Shown here one piece after another: positions 14,169 to 28,109 of a stretch of 64,000 bases of DNA. The stretch's first letter is position 1; every line of letters starts with the position of its first letter. The position numbers were made by a program, and so were the translations under genes. A model generated the notes under the pieces. That model made no database searches. It was not told the origin of the DNA and saw nothing but the letters and a program-made list of their open reading frames with translations. The stretch is from Auanema rhodensis (Eukaryota; Animalia; Nematoda): positions 4,960,001 to 5,024,000 of the forward strand of contig OZ059899.1 of NCBI GenBank assembly GCA_964057225.1, given 5' to 3'.

Positions 14169-17100
14169 CGTCGCGTCTAGTCCTAAAAAAAAGATAAGAT
14201 AACAGTACGCACATCTTCAGCTGGCTTGTTGACAGATAATGAAAAAGTTATGAGCAACAACAAGTTGTGTGGAGAAGTAGTGAGAGACCATGATGATTTC
14301 AAATGTAAAAAGAGAGAGAAAGGTGAGAAAAAAAGAAATCGAGACGACAACGTAAACGAAATTAAAAAAAACAAACTGAAACACATAAAATGTCTATTTG
14401 AAATGATGACGAGGACATAATCGACGTATTGAACGTGATTCAAATTAGATTACAAAGTGCTGTGTTTCAGTTGTTTCATTCGCTGTTGTTCTGTTTGTGA
14501 CCGTTCATCGGTCATCCTTATATTACTTCACAACGTGTCACACAATATTTGGAGAAAAATTAGAAGAATATATATGTTAGGAATAAAAATATTTAAAAAC
14601 AAAAAAAAATAAACTTACTGTATTTGGTCGTTCGTAATAAATCAGTTAAAAGTTAAGAAATGTTGTCGAGACATACAAATGGTAAGAGCGAATCTGAAAA
14701 AAAAGAGAAAAATTAAACTGTGAGAAAATATCGAATCGAAAATGAAAAGCAAACAATGACGACGACGACATAAATAGATGGATTGGCTAAAACCTATTCT
14801 TCAGGTCTCAGGTCCCAGCGTAGCTAGGGGCAGTGAAACAGAAACGACAAAAGTAAACCAATACGAACAGCTGAAACAGCAATGGACTCAGAAAGGGGTG
14901 AAAAGAAAAAGAAGGAAATAGAGAAGGTGAAGATGATGATGAACGAGAAAGACTACGAAGAAGAAGATGAAGAATAAGAAGCAAGTAAAGTGATACGATC
15001 AAAAGTGCTGAAGAAAAGACCAATCAGAGTGAAGTCGATGGCTAACAGATCAACTAAGCAGGTTTTCGATCAGCCTCTTCGAGCAAATTCAAGCGTTCAA
15101 GCTCATTAAGAATACACAATGAGTGAGAGAAATGAAATTATATGTGGAAATTTAAACACGCTATAAAATTTCTTTTTGATGCTTCCATTTGCCTGGGGAG
15201 ATAGAACTGTTGTTTTTTTTGGATCAGATTAAAAGGAATTTACATAAACTATTCACACTTGGAAAAAAAATTGTTTTTATAATAGAAATTAAAAGAATGA
15301 AAACAAGAAAACAAGAAAATTGAGACAATCAATGAAAAAAGACCGTTTGAGGAATAATCAAAGAATTTTGAAAACTAAAATAATAGTTAGAAGGCAGCCA
15401 AATACCTAGCAACAGTAACGCTTTATAACAAAAACGGAACAAGTAAAGTATATAAATGGGTATAACCGAAATAATATCTTCAAGAAATTCAAATGACCAA
15501 CGACTTAAGCCCATAACTGCTATCCTCTGTGCTAGTTAAAACTAAATAGTTTCCTATAGATAATTTTCACAAAACGATTGAAAATCATGAATAAGTGACC
15601 GAGATTCTTTAAAAGGTCAATAATACTGAGAAAAGACATAATAAAGCGCTCGAAAGAAAATAATCTGCAAATTTCATGAGCGAGTCCAGTAGCAGACAGA
15701 CTTAGGTATTCTAGTCTGACAATGGCGAATCAATTTCTTACTGTAATTTTAATTTGAACGCACCACTTATGATGATCATCTTTTCAATTTAGCGCATTCC
15801 GAAAAGTGTTCAGAGGAACTATCAGGAAGGAAAGAGAATTGACCTTCAAGATTTGAAGGCTCTCATCAACACCTAGAGGAGCTGGGCTATTCATCATTAG
15901 ACAGATGAACTTAAGTAAAATAATAAGAAGTGGCCTGTCGAAGTTTTGAAGTGCGTATGAAAAGATTGGCTATATTTCGAAGATGATGAAACATAGATCA
16001 CTTAAAACTTCAACAAAAGGATAGAAACAATAAGTTACATCAATAGATTTAAAGAAAAATATGGAAAAGATTTCTTCAAAAAAAAAAAACAAATGAGCAC
16101 TCATAGAAAATCATTAATATGACACAACAGCAGCGACAGGTGTGTCACCTAAAATTAGTAAAATAAGGATCAACTTAACCAGGATCAAGCGAAGCTCGAA
16201 TTTGCATTAGATTAGGCTAGAAGGTTCATGGCCACATGTAATTAACATGCCTGGTATACATCTGCCAGTCCAATAGATTCAGCTGGTCAACTAAAGAGGG
16301 TTGAGAGGAGGAGCTGGTAAGAGATGAATGAGATATGTCAAAGAGCACAGTATGATTTGAAAAAAATCATAAACTAATAATTTGTAAACTGATGCATTGG
16401 ATATACGCATCTGTGTAGAGATCTACCGCACGTTTTAACTCTTTACACCAATATATTTCTTTGTTCTTCTCTTTTTTTTCTTAGATTGTTGCAAAGAGGG
16501 TAATAAGACGGTGAATAAAAACATTTTGAAGAGATGGACGATTAATTGCTTCACTTATGAAAGTGATAGCGACCAAACGTATCAAATTTCATTAGATTTC
16601 CACCAGATATACTATTATTAAGGATAATATATCATTTTGCTTCTGTGATAAACATAATGAATGAAGGTGGACCTGTAGATCGACATGATAAACGGGAATG
16701 ACCCCCGAAGCTAGCAGGAAATATTCTTCATGGCCAGTTTTTTCATGAAATGATACAAAGGATTAAGCAGAAATACAAATCATTTGAGACATAATGTGAC
16801 ATGAGACCAATCCATAATAAAATGTCACAGGTTATAAATAGGCTTACCTGCGTATAATCTTGATTTAACGGTGATGGTGGGCAAAATATAAAAATTTACA
16901 AAGATTTCTAATTAGAAAGAACTAATCAACAGTAGCTTAGCTTTCTATAGAAAATAGTGGAATTTGTGTTCTTCAAAGCGGATATTTCAAAAAAACACAA
17001 TCCAACAAGGCAAAAGTTGTTGACAGAAATGAAACTGAACAAACAGAACAACTAGATAATGATAAAGAAAGCTCAAAAGGAACACTGATCATGAAGAAGC

Positions 17101-20100
17101 GTCAATAAGCGGTATTGTTTTGTGTTCAGTTCATTTTTCAATGAAAATAGGAGAGACATTGAGAGACATATGAAATCAAAACAGTATGGTTCGAACAATT
17201 CGATTTCGTAACTCAGTGAATCATTCAAGGCTGAATGAAAGAAGGCAAAACTGCTACTGCGGAGAAAGGTAATGGAGATGAATGAAACATGGAGCAAATA
17301 AAGAAATTTGCTAATTTTTAGTCAAACCGTAACCTTGAAATCAAGTAAAATTAATTGTTGAGGAAAATGATAAAGGTGGATAGATTGAAACATAGATAGG
17401 TATTAGGTGGTCAGATAATTAATGAGAATAAATGATATTTCCTTATGTATACTTTAGTTAATCAGTAAACAGGAAAATATCGTTAGCAGCTGAAATAACT
17501 CACGCTTTGACACAAGGTAAAGCTTGTATATGCAGCAAGCAAAGTGCAAATATAATTCCATTCATTGGGATATAAAAGAACAAAACACAAAACGGATATA
17601 GCAATTGAGACAACGAGGAAACATTAGATAAGTCAGAAGAATAGAAAAATAGATGTATATGAGACAAAAAACAACATGAGGTCAAAACGGCTGGCTAAGA
17701 CAATGAACAACGAGCAGCCGAACTGTTATAAGGCATGCCAAATGTAGATGTGGTAGGACTGAGAATGGGCCTCGGAGGCCAGGTGTCAGAACTGGCCGGA
17801 GCCACCTTGACTGGCCTTCAGCTGAATAGATCGAGAACAGTAAAGGAAAGTTGAGAGGTTTAGAGGTAGTAAGAGTGGATGAGTGAACAACAGATAGATG
17901 AGAATGGAATGGTGCTGTTCAATGGTCACCCTCCACGACCCTCATTATCCAAATTAATCTCGCATGGATTCAATGGATATATTACCTGATACACGGAACG
18001 TAAACAAATTTGTTTGGGCCCTCATACACCGAAATGAGTACCGACCATGGTTCACCCAGTGAGGCATAGCTCGATATGAGAACAATGTGGTCAGAATAAC
18101 AACAGACAATTTACCGAAATGGTCGCTGAAGGTCTGTCGATAATGCATGACTTCTAACGGCAGGTAGCTGCGACAGCTGAGAATTTTCAAACGAAAATTG
18201 CTAGTAAACGACGCGAAAACTAGGAAGTATAATACAAGTCGTTTACTGAGGAAGGTTGTTCTTATGTAATTTTAGACGATAGAAGGAATCAAGAAATAAA
18301 CAGAATCAAATGGAAGGTATGGTGTCGTAAGAGGCAAATTCGACGAGTGAGGACTAGCCAGCTTCACATTCATACCAACAAAAAACTGTGTTTGCAGATG
18401 AAATTAGCGTATAAAAAGCTGACAAAAGGACAGCATCTCCAGTTATCAGCAACTGAATATGTATATATTAGATATGACAGTGAAGCTGTTGGCGCTTTCA
18501 GCGGTTTAAAGCGCTTTAGTAGTAAAACAGTCGGCGTCGGTACAAGGGCTTTTAGCCATACTCCTTGAACGAACGCTATGTCCTTTATCTTGCCTCTGTT
18601 TGAGGTCAAAGCAGCATATACAAGAAACAGTTGCAGCGATCGCGGTTGGCATGATGGCTTGAAAAGAGCACAGACAGTGTAAAGGACGCCATAAAAGGAC
18701 AGATGTTATAACAAACTAGCAGTAATATTTGGTGCAATAATAAATAATAAAATAGAAAATGAAACAGATTGTTGTAACGGCAGTCAATATTATCAATACG
18801 ATCGGGTTAACTTTATCATAAACTGTGAGGAAAGGCAAGAGATGGGTGATTATATTCGATGATTTCTGAGACATTATCTTTAGAAAGAACTGAAAAATCT
18901 CTCGAAAAAAAGGAACAGTGTGAGAAAACGACAGAAAAGCTTTAAGAGAACAGGTGAGACAGCGTAAGCATTATTCATAAACCATTGTCGATGTTAGCAC
19001 ATGTTGTGTGCTTTTATGAAGCTCACACAGAAATTCCACCTTGAGATTGAGATTTCCAAAAGGCAAGCAGAACCAAAGAGAGGCCGAGAAGATGGTTGAT
19101 GATAATGTTTAGCAGAAAAAAATGTGAGAGAAGAAACCAAATTCGGAGAAGCATCGGCGGATCCTAACATCATACGCACACCTAGTCGCGCCCCATGCTT
19201 GCAATCATACACAAAGAGAGAGAAGTGAGCTGAGAACAAAATAATGAATTGAAAATCTTCGAATACAGCAAAAACCAACAGTCTAGGGACGCATCAGGAA
19301 TGAAGCTGAATTGTCTAAAAAGACGATTTCGTCAGTCCTCATCCAGTAGCTCGGAATTTCAGTTTTTCGCAATCAAGCTATGGGAAAACCAATTTAATCT
19401 TGATTAGGATCACACAATAGGTATATGCACTTTTATAAGCATGAATTAAGATATAGAAAACATCAAGCAGTTTGATATGAATGATATAGCTTGTATCTTT
19501 CGTAATAATTCAAATAAATAACTTATAGGTAACAAGAAAAGAACGAAGAACAAATAGCAAGTGAGCTTACTTCAGCAAAAATGTTGAACTGGCTCTCAAT
19601 GACTAAACAATATCAACTTAGAACTGGAAGAAAATAATTGAAATGAATAGCAAAAACAGACATAAAGCTCATGTAGAGGTGAGTGAATGAAACGCGAAGC
19701 GAGGAAAAGAAAAAATATAGTTTGAGTTTGAAACAAGGAAATAAGCGATACGAGCAAAGTAGAAATGAGTGGTCAAACTCAAATCAATTTTATAAGCAAT
19801 ACAGCGGGACTCTTAACTCGGGTCGTCATCATCTTCATCATCATCATCTATTTCTTTCTTTATTCCTACACGACAATGTTATGCTCTTCTATGTAGTCAA
19901 TATTTACTTGCGAGAAGTCAAAAAGCACTAACCGAAGCCGCCTGACCACCTTTGGACAGCCTGATCAGATGGCTCTCTTGCTGATGATGCGTATTAGCGG
20001 AATAGATGGAGCTAGCAAGTAGAGAACAAACGAACGTGTAAGAAACGGATAGAAATGTATTGAAAGTTTCCAATTATATGAATAGAATAAATATATGTAT

Positions 20101-23100
20101 GTATATATAGTACATAGGTTTATTCAAGAGTTATTAAGGTAAAGTTATTGTCTAAGAGTATACAAGTAGCTAATGTACATAATACGAATAATAACTAAAT
20201 TGAAATAAGTTTCAATTAGAAACCAAATATTAGGTTTCTAATGAGATTTTTATATACATTAAAGCATAAGTTAATAAATTTGGATAAGAATAGTAGCATT
20301 TGAAGGCATTTTTATAAATAATGTTAGAGCTCTTTTTGCAAATTTGAAATGTCATAAGACTCCATAAGGCAATAAGGACAGTAGGCTTATGTTTCTCGAG
20401 TTAATTGCCATGAAATCAATGAGGACAACGAAAAAAATTGACTGGACCTCGGTTACACAAAGGAGACTTGAATAACAGGTGCACGATAATCGTCAAAGCA
20501 AAAAGGACCCTCAGCTATGTTCAAGCAAATTCCGAAAATATCTAATTCGCAATCTGGTAAATTAAAAGAGATTCCGAAAAGTCAGCTATTTGGGGAAAGA
20601 AGTCTGCTTAATCGGTTGCAGATTAAAAGTATCGCGAAAATATGTTCAAAAGACATGACTTAAACAATTTCAAAGATGAGTCAAAAAAATATAAAATTAT
20701 TAGAGAATCAAAACAAAAAAAACAAAATAAATTAACGAATACTGTACGAAAATTAAAAATAATAATACTATGAATATTAAAACTATAATGTGATAAGTTT
20801 CAACTGCGCTTAATTCAATTAAAATAAATAATTGTAAGAAACAAAAGATCTATCACATTTGAACGATTACTTCAACTATTGACAAACAAAAAAAATGGCA
20901 TATATCATAAAATTCTTATTGATGCGTTTAATGTAATTGATGATTTTCTATGAGAATCAGGATTCGCAATGAAAATCGCATTAAATGAAAGAGCTTAGCC
21001 TAATACAACATTCTATTATGAATCAAATCAATAAGAAATACACAATACGGTTCTGGCAGAAGAAGTGTATCAGTATATCCGCTAGCCGTAACTGCCGAAC
21101 AATTGCGATCTTTATCTGACTCGTAATGGTAAGGCCAATGACTAAGATATAGACTGAGGAATGAGACTGCATACAAGATTAGACACAGAGAACTCAAAAT
21201 TATGGATTGATGGTAAGGAATATTCCAAGATAGGTGGCCCTAACCGATAGATGACCTCTACGAATGGCTGATAAAGATGCCGACTCGGCTGGGGATCCAA
21301 AAGAGAATGAGGACTAACTTTATCTAACTGGTCCTCATTATCAGGCACCATACATATGGTTCTTCTGATGTATATTTGCATGACAACGAGGTGAGGACGA
21401 CACTTATTCTACCAGTCCTACTCAATAAGCAAAATCTATAAAAAAACATCAAAAGTGCCGCAGAATAAGAAAATATGAGAAAAGGAAAGATTAGATGGGT
21501 GAACAATGCGGCTACATATTATGATATATTTCAAGCCGACATGACGATATAGAAGACAGCTAAATCTGTAGAATGATGACGCCTATGACGCAACCTTCAG
21601 CGATCTGTTTAATTGATACACAAGCTGGTCATCCATATATCACAAAGAACAAGCTGCATAATCAGCAATTTGATTGTGGAATACTAATGATGATGTCGTT
21701 TCAAACAGCATTAATATCTCTAATACGTATAATGAAAATATCTTATGAATAGTGTGATGAATTTCGTACAAGTCAAAATTTAACTGGATTATAAATACAT
21801 AGACAGGTTTACATTTCTAATATATAAACCAAAGTATGCCAAAGTACACAAAAGGAGACAATAAGTGCTGGAATTGATGAAAAAGAAAAGGCTGGACAAT
21901 CTTGGTATGTTTCCGTAGCGCATAGACGTATGACCAACCATTCACGACAAAATGCCAAAATATTTGCTCATGCTAAGTTCTCACCTCTCAATGATGTTAT
22001 GGATACTTCAAAACTGGTGAGAAAACCTCATAGCTAGAGCAGATTAGGCTCGTATGTACAAAAAATTTAAGACATATTCAGAAACAAATAGAAGAAGAAG
22101 ATAAATACACTATAAAGATATTTAAAATATTCAAGTAAAATATGGATAAAGAAATAAAAAGGAAAAATGTTGAAGAGCGGGATAATAGTAGGCATCGTAT
22201 ATGATCTGCTATATTACAGCCCGGCAAATATGAAAGGGATTTACGTTATGCCATCTATAGTTATACGGTTCTATCCTAAACCAATAATGCTTCAAACACA
22301 AAATCATGATATGGAAATATTGCAAGCATTATACGGTTTGATGCAATCATGCAATGTCAGGCTTAAACAAGAAATTTGGATCAGTTACAGCATTGAAATG
22401 ATAGAAGATTAAGCAATAAATTAGTCAATTTTGATCATGAAATTGCATTACATAAGATAAACAAAACTAAAAAGCTAATGTAAAGCAATTTCATGCATAT
22501 TTTAAATCAGGAAGAAAAAGACGATCAATTCGATCACCTAGAGGTAAGTACGGCGAAAACATGACCTTCGAAATGAAGGAGCTATCTGCATAGATGCGAT
22601 CAGATGACTAGTTTAGAACAAGAAAACACCCTACTGAGAAGGCCCGAATGAGTGAAAGATTGAGTAGACGAGACGGAACTTACACAACGCACATATGGAA
22701 GCAAGGTGTTAATCCAAAAGGTCAGGTAAGATGCAGCTCTATTTGCTTAACCCACCCCAGGCATTAGACAAAGTTGCAGTGTATTATGAACATATAGGAA
22801 TAAAAAAAAAGATTATGATATAAATATAATATATTAATTTAAAAAATTAAGAACTATACTGTTGAACAAAGATAAAATTTGAATATACATGAAAAAACAG
22901 TGACAAGCATTATTTGAACTAAATTTTCGCGCCATTTTACAACGAACAAGTCTCCAAACTGAATGACAATGTAAAAGCTAATATTATAACAACAATAATT
23001 TTATTTAAGAAAAATATAATTAAAAATGGAACGATGAAACTAATGTGTTCAGTTACAACTACTAAGTTTTTCGCACAATGCCAATAGGATAAAGGTTTTG

Positions 23101-24059
23101 CATGCCTGTAAGTTACTTGATTGATTGGCAACCTCATCTATTAAGCACAAAAAGAAGTGAACAATTAAGGGAATTACTATGTAAGAAGAGAAATAATATC
23201 TATTTCATTATAAATAATATATGTTACGAAATGAAGAAAAAACATATTGAATAATACCGGGGAAAATAGAAACGTAATTGAAGAAATTTCAGAGTAAATG
23301 AACCATTATTATAACATTCGACTAAACAACGAAGATATTGCTAAATGCAAAGTATAATATATTCAAAGTTTCGAAATAAGTAGTAGAATACGTAGGGTTT
23401 GTTATGTTTTCATAGAACTTGACCTCAATACTATGTCAATCAGTTTTATTGTTAGAAGAATACAATTCTAAAGCAAAAGTTTATAATTTTAAGATAAGAG
23501 AATCATATTTAATTTCTTTTTTTTCGATAGAAAGATCTTTTTGTGTTCATATTAATTATTCGTTTTAAGGATACATACTCCTGTTTACTTACATTCTTTT
23601 AATTTTTTGACGTTTTTGTTTTCCTCTTAAAGTATTATTGATTCAATTTGATTGATTGCAAATGTTTTTATAAGGTGTGGAGTGCGCAATGAATCTTTGT
23701 TTGACTTTAGTCAGATATTTCATGTTTTCTAAACCCTTTGAATGCTGGCTAACATACAACAGACAGATATGATTGATGAATTTTTTATTAAAAAGAAATA
23801 ATACTGGTGGGTGATAAATGAAACAATTTGTTTTTCTTTTAATATATTATGTTTCTTTTTATTTGTTAAATAGAAATAAATCAAATGTTTTTACATAACT
23901 TTTATGTTTTTCAATTATTCTTTTTCAAATATTATTAATCTTGTTTACAATTAACATTTATTAAAGTTATAATTTAAATTTATTTTATTTGTCAAGAGAG
24001 ATCAAAATAATGATAATTTCAAGAAAGAGTTCATTTAAAGTTGGAATTTATTAGTTGAT

Positions 24060-27000
24060 CTATGCTTTAACTCTGCTGATGAAATCTCTTGCTTCATCTG
24101 CAAGTACGCTCTTCCAGCGACCGACGTGATCTAAAACTTCAGCTTGTTCCCGATATGCTCGGAAGAATTCAAAGTTTGAATTAGGTTGTTCAATAAACTG
24201 AAAAAAAAAGTTTTCTCTTTTTATTAAAAGTTTACTTACACTAATTGGGTCAGCACGACAAGCATAACCTACAGCTTTGATAATTTGGTTGAATAAATTA
24301 GTTTTTTTCCCATATCTAAAATTAATTTAACGTAATGACTCTTTGAACTAATAGATATACTTGTTCATCATTTTCATGAATTCATCTGATTTAGCAATAT
24401 CTACACCAACTCTTGAAGCGCCTTTATGTTTAAAAGCTTCTTCGAACAATGTTCCAATATCTCTTGATCTTATAATATCCGCTATAGATTGTTCATGTCT
24501 CATAATACTAAAGTGATGATTGTATTCGAAATTTGTCATTATTTTAAGAAAAACATACCTCTTGCCGATGGTAGAACAACCAAAAGTTCCCAGAATATTG
24601 CGAACTTCATGAGGCATATGTTCCATTTTATACCAATCAATCATTTTACCAAACTGAGCATCACCGATCGCAGCATAAGCACAGTATACATCCGCACGTT
24701 GTTCAGGTTTTATGCTAAAGCAAAGTTCTTATCAATGATATATATAGAAATATCTTACAAATCACATTGACTAAGAGGTATTTCTGTAGAACAGATCCTG
24801 TCTAGCATAGCAGCATGTTGTTGAATCAATGCTTTTCGAGTAACATTCATAAATGGTTTTTTCAATGAATTTTCATTATTCGTTAGATCCATTCTTGAAA
24901 CCATGTCTTTTGTAAATTCAGGTTTTGATGCTGTATGGTTACTATACGATTTGTCAAGATAATCGATGAAATTCTAAAATATTATAAATCTGAAAATTAT
25001 TTTCAAAAAATTATAAACCATAATATCATTATAATCTTTTTCATCATAATATGATGCCAAATACTTCTCAAAAACATCCCTCCAGTAGTCAATGTCATAT
25101 CGTCCAGCATAATAGAGTCCAATAAGATGCTCATAACTAAGTTTTCGACGTGCAGCCATGAGAGTAGCACTCAAATACAAGAATTTCAGATTTCGTTGTG
25201 GAATAATCTGAAATGAAATAATAATTTTGTTTTATTTTATATAAAATATACTGAGGAATCATTGACGTATTCCGTTATTAAGCTGTCCCATTCATCTTTT
25301 TCATAATTTGATAAAAAGTATGAAGGAAGAAAATATAGAGCGATTGGTAGACTTGTAAGATGATATTGGAATGGATTTTCTGAATATTTTATTATAAATA
25401 TATAAATAAATATATATATATATACTTACTAGCTTGAACATGAGCGATATCTCTATTATCTAATAACCGGTATCCCCTAATCTCTGCATTAGGAAAGAAT
25501 ACCATACCATCAGCCAATTTTTTTTCATCTTCAACATAATATCTTGAATTATTGCTATATGTAGGATTTAGACGATAACGTGAATAAGAAAAATAAAACA
25601 AATGAGGATTAGTTCGTTCCGGATATATTTCTACTATACCAGGCTGTAAATAACGTTATAATGAATATAAGTTTATAAGTTATTACCTTATTTACAAAAT
25701 TGATAAAAGTTTTTGTTATATTAGAATCTGGGTCGAATGTTCCTGCTAATTGCACAGTAAAGTATTTATGAATATAATGAATAAGAGTATTTGAATCAAT
25801 TGAAGTAAACTGTTTATCATTTGTCAATTTCTGAAATAAGTTGATGAAATATTTAAAATAAAATTTTAAAAAAACTATACAGAATAATATGTAATATCAA
25901 GTCTATCATTAGATGCGAATGAATATATATATTGCATAGATGCAGCCTTAAATTATATATTTTATAACTATATTAAACTATAAATATTATATAAATAACT
26001 TACTTTATTTATTGTTATAGCATCAAATGATTGTTCATATTCATGATATGTTTGATGTTTGAATACGATAGCATGATTATCCAAAATATCAGCTTCAATA
26101 GCTGGTTCAAATAGTTCAAATTCAATTAGACGTTGTAACTGAAAATAAATAAAAATTAAAAAAACTTTAATCTTATTATCAATTACTCTTTCTTCCACAT
26201 CACTTTTTTCATAAAGCAAGAATCGAACTGCCCAAAGCTCTCCTACACTTTCCGTAACCCAACCTTCATCCCATGAAATTGGAGATAACGATACTCCAAA
26301 AGACTGAATATAATTGTTTCTATTACAAAATAAAAATCAAATAGAAACTTGATAAGTAAGAGCTTTTGTTAACCATCGTGTAACAGTTCTTTCATCTTTG
26401 GCAGTTGAAGTGTTTTTATCAAATAAGCCAAAATCTTCTCTAAAATCAATGAATCTTAATAACAAAATACTAATAGAATGATTACCGAATGATAGCTAAA
26501 CGATAAGTGAATACAGCACCACTATCTAATTCAGGAACAAATACAACTTCTATAATGAAAAATAATATAAATTTTAAAGAAATATTAAAGTTAATACCAA
26601 ATGTTTCATAAAAAGAAAAAATGTTTTGTAAATTTAATTTTGGTTTCAAATAAGTATAAGCACGTTGAAGAATATCAATGGACCATAGAGGGGCATTACC
26701 ATGTATATGTCTACTAGATATACCTAGCTGTAAATATAATTAATAAATTTAAATTATAATATTGAAAACATACCTTAATGGGTCCTGAATTCTCGATACG
26801 CTTAAAACTACTAACATGAAATCCAATTGCATAAGCTGGAACATGAAATGAAGTTACAAAACGGCTAATAACATAATTGCTTTGTCTATAAATTAATATT
26901 TTCTTATATTCTAATATAATCTAATCTTACTTGATAGCTTTGACTTCATCACATGGTACAACTTTATGATCTTTTGGATGGATAATTTCAAATGTATATT

Positions 27001-27931
27001 TTGCTCTATATGATGGTTCATCTTGGCAGGGAAATACCATTCGAGCATTATGTGGTTTGAAATTTGTTGCAATATATGATCTATAATATTATAATTTAAA
27101 CTATAAAATATAAAATTATAAATACTCTGTATTATTTTCAATTAAGAATAATCCTCTATTATTGTGATTCAATGTACTATAGTATGTAAGCTTAATATCA
27201 ATAATATATTTTAATTATTACAATTATATTGAAAGCTTACCAATAGCATACCTACATCTCCTCTTTTGAAATTTCCCAATAAATGAATAAATTCAGATTC
27301 AGAATCATATTCAAGTCTTGAAGAAACAATATTTTCATTCTATAAACCAAATATTATTATATAAAATTATAATTTTTTGATAAATACACATACAATTTTG
27401 AAAATTCCAGAAATATAGCTTAAGCCTACAGAATTTAAAGTCATCCGATCGGTATTATTTAATACTTGGAAATGAATTAATACCTATTAATATAAATATT
27501 AATAATATTTTTATAATTAAACATACTTTTCCACCAAAATCGTTTTTGAAAAATCCATTCTTTCTACTAAATTCTCCATATAAATCTTCGTTATTAAGTG
27601 CCAATGTAAGAGTAATCTTATAACGATCTTAATTTTTACTTTTAAACTTTTTGATTAAATAAAATAAAATTTTACCAATTAAAAAATTGTTTGGAATCTT
27701 TTTGAATTGTAACTTTGAACCAATTTTTCTAGTTGGAAAATTTTTTTCATCATATGGATTAAATTTTTCGTCAATAGTTATGCTTGAAGCATCTGGATCA
27801 AACCCTTTATGTTCAGCGAAATTTGCATTTGTTTTACTTATAGTTAATCTATGATGTATTATATCTATTAGTTCATCAATATAAAATTAAACTTACATAA
27901 AGCTGATAAAGCATATACTGATGAACCGCAT
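24060..27931 (-). CDS. Secreted M1 (aminopeptidase N-like) family protein, predicted catalytically inactive; many short exons
   Basis: Signal peptide MRFISICFISFILTISKTNA. ATNFKPHNARMVFPCQDEPSYRAKYTFEIIHP matches the M1 N-domain motif (TQF.PT.AR.AFPCFDEP). The catalytic region PELDSGAVFTYRLAIIRE...WLTKALTYQSFG...WDEGWVTES aligns to the GAMEN/HEXXH-18x-E region but is substituted. Confidence 0.8.
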
Positions 27932-28109
27932 GGTTCAACAGTAAGTTGCTGATAAACTCTTAAAAACTTTATTAGACATCCCACGTGGAGCATTACACGT
28001 AACACGTATTACTTTTATAACTTCATTAGCATATGAAACTTATATAAAATATGAAACTTGAAGAAAAATTAACGCCTTACCTACAACAATATAATTATAA
28101 ACGATCTGG

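Noticed and set aside
21000-21600. Retroelement remnant suggested by clustered short ORFs
   Set aside because: No RT, endonuclease or integrase motif could be identified convincingly.
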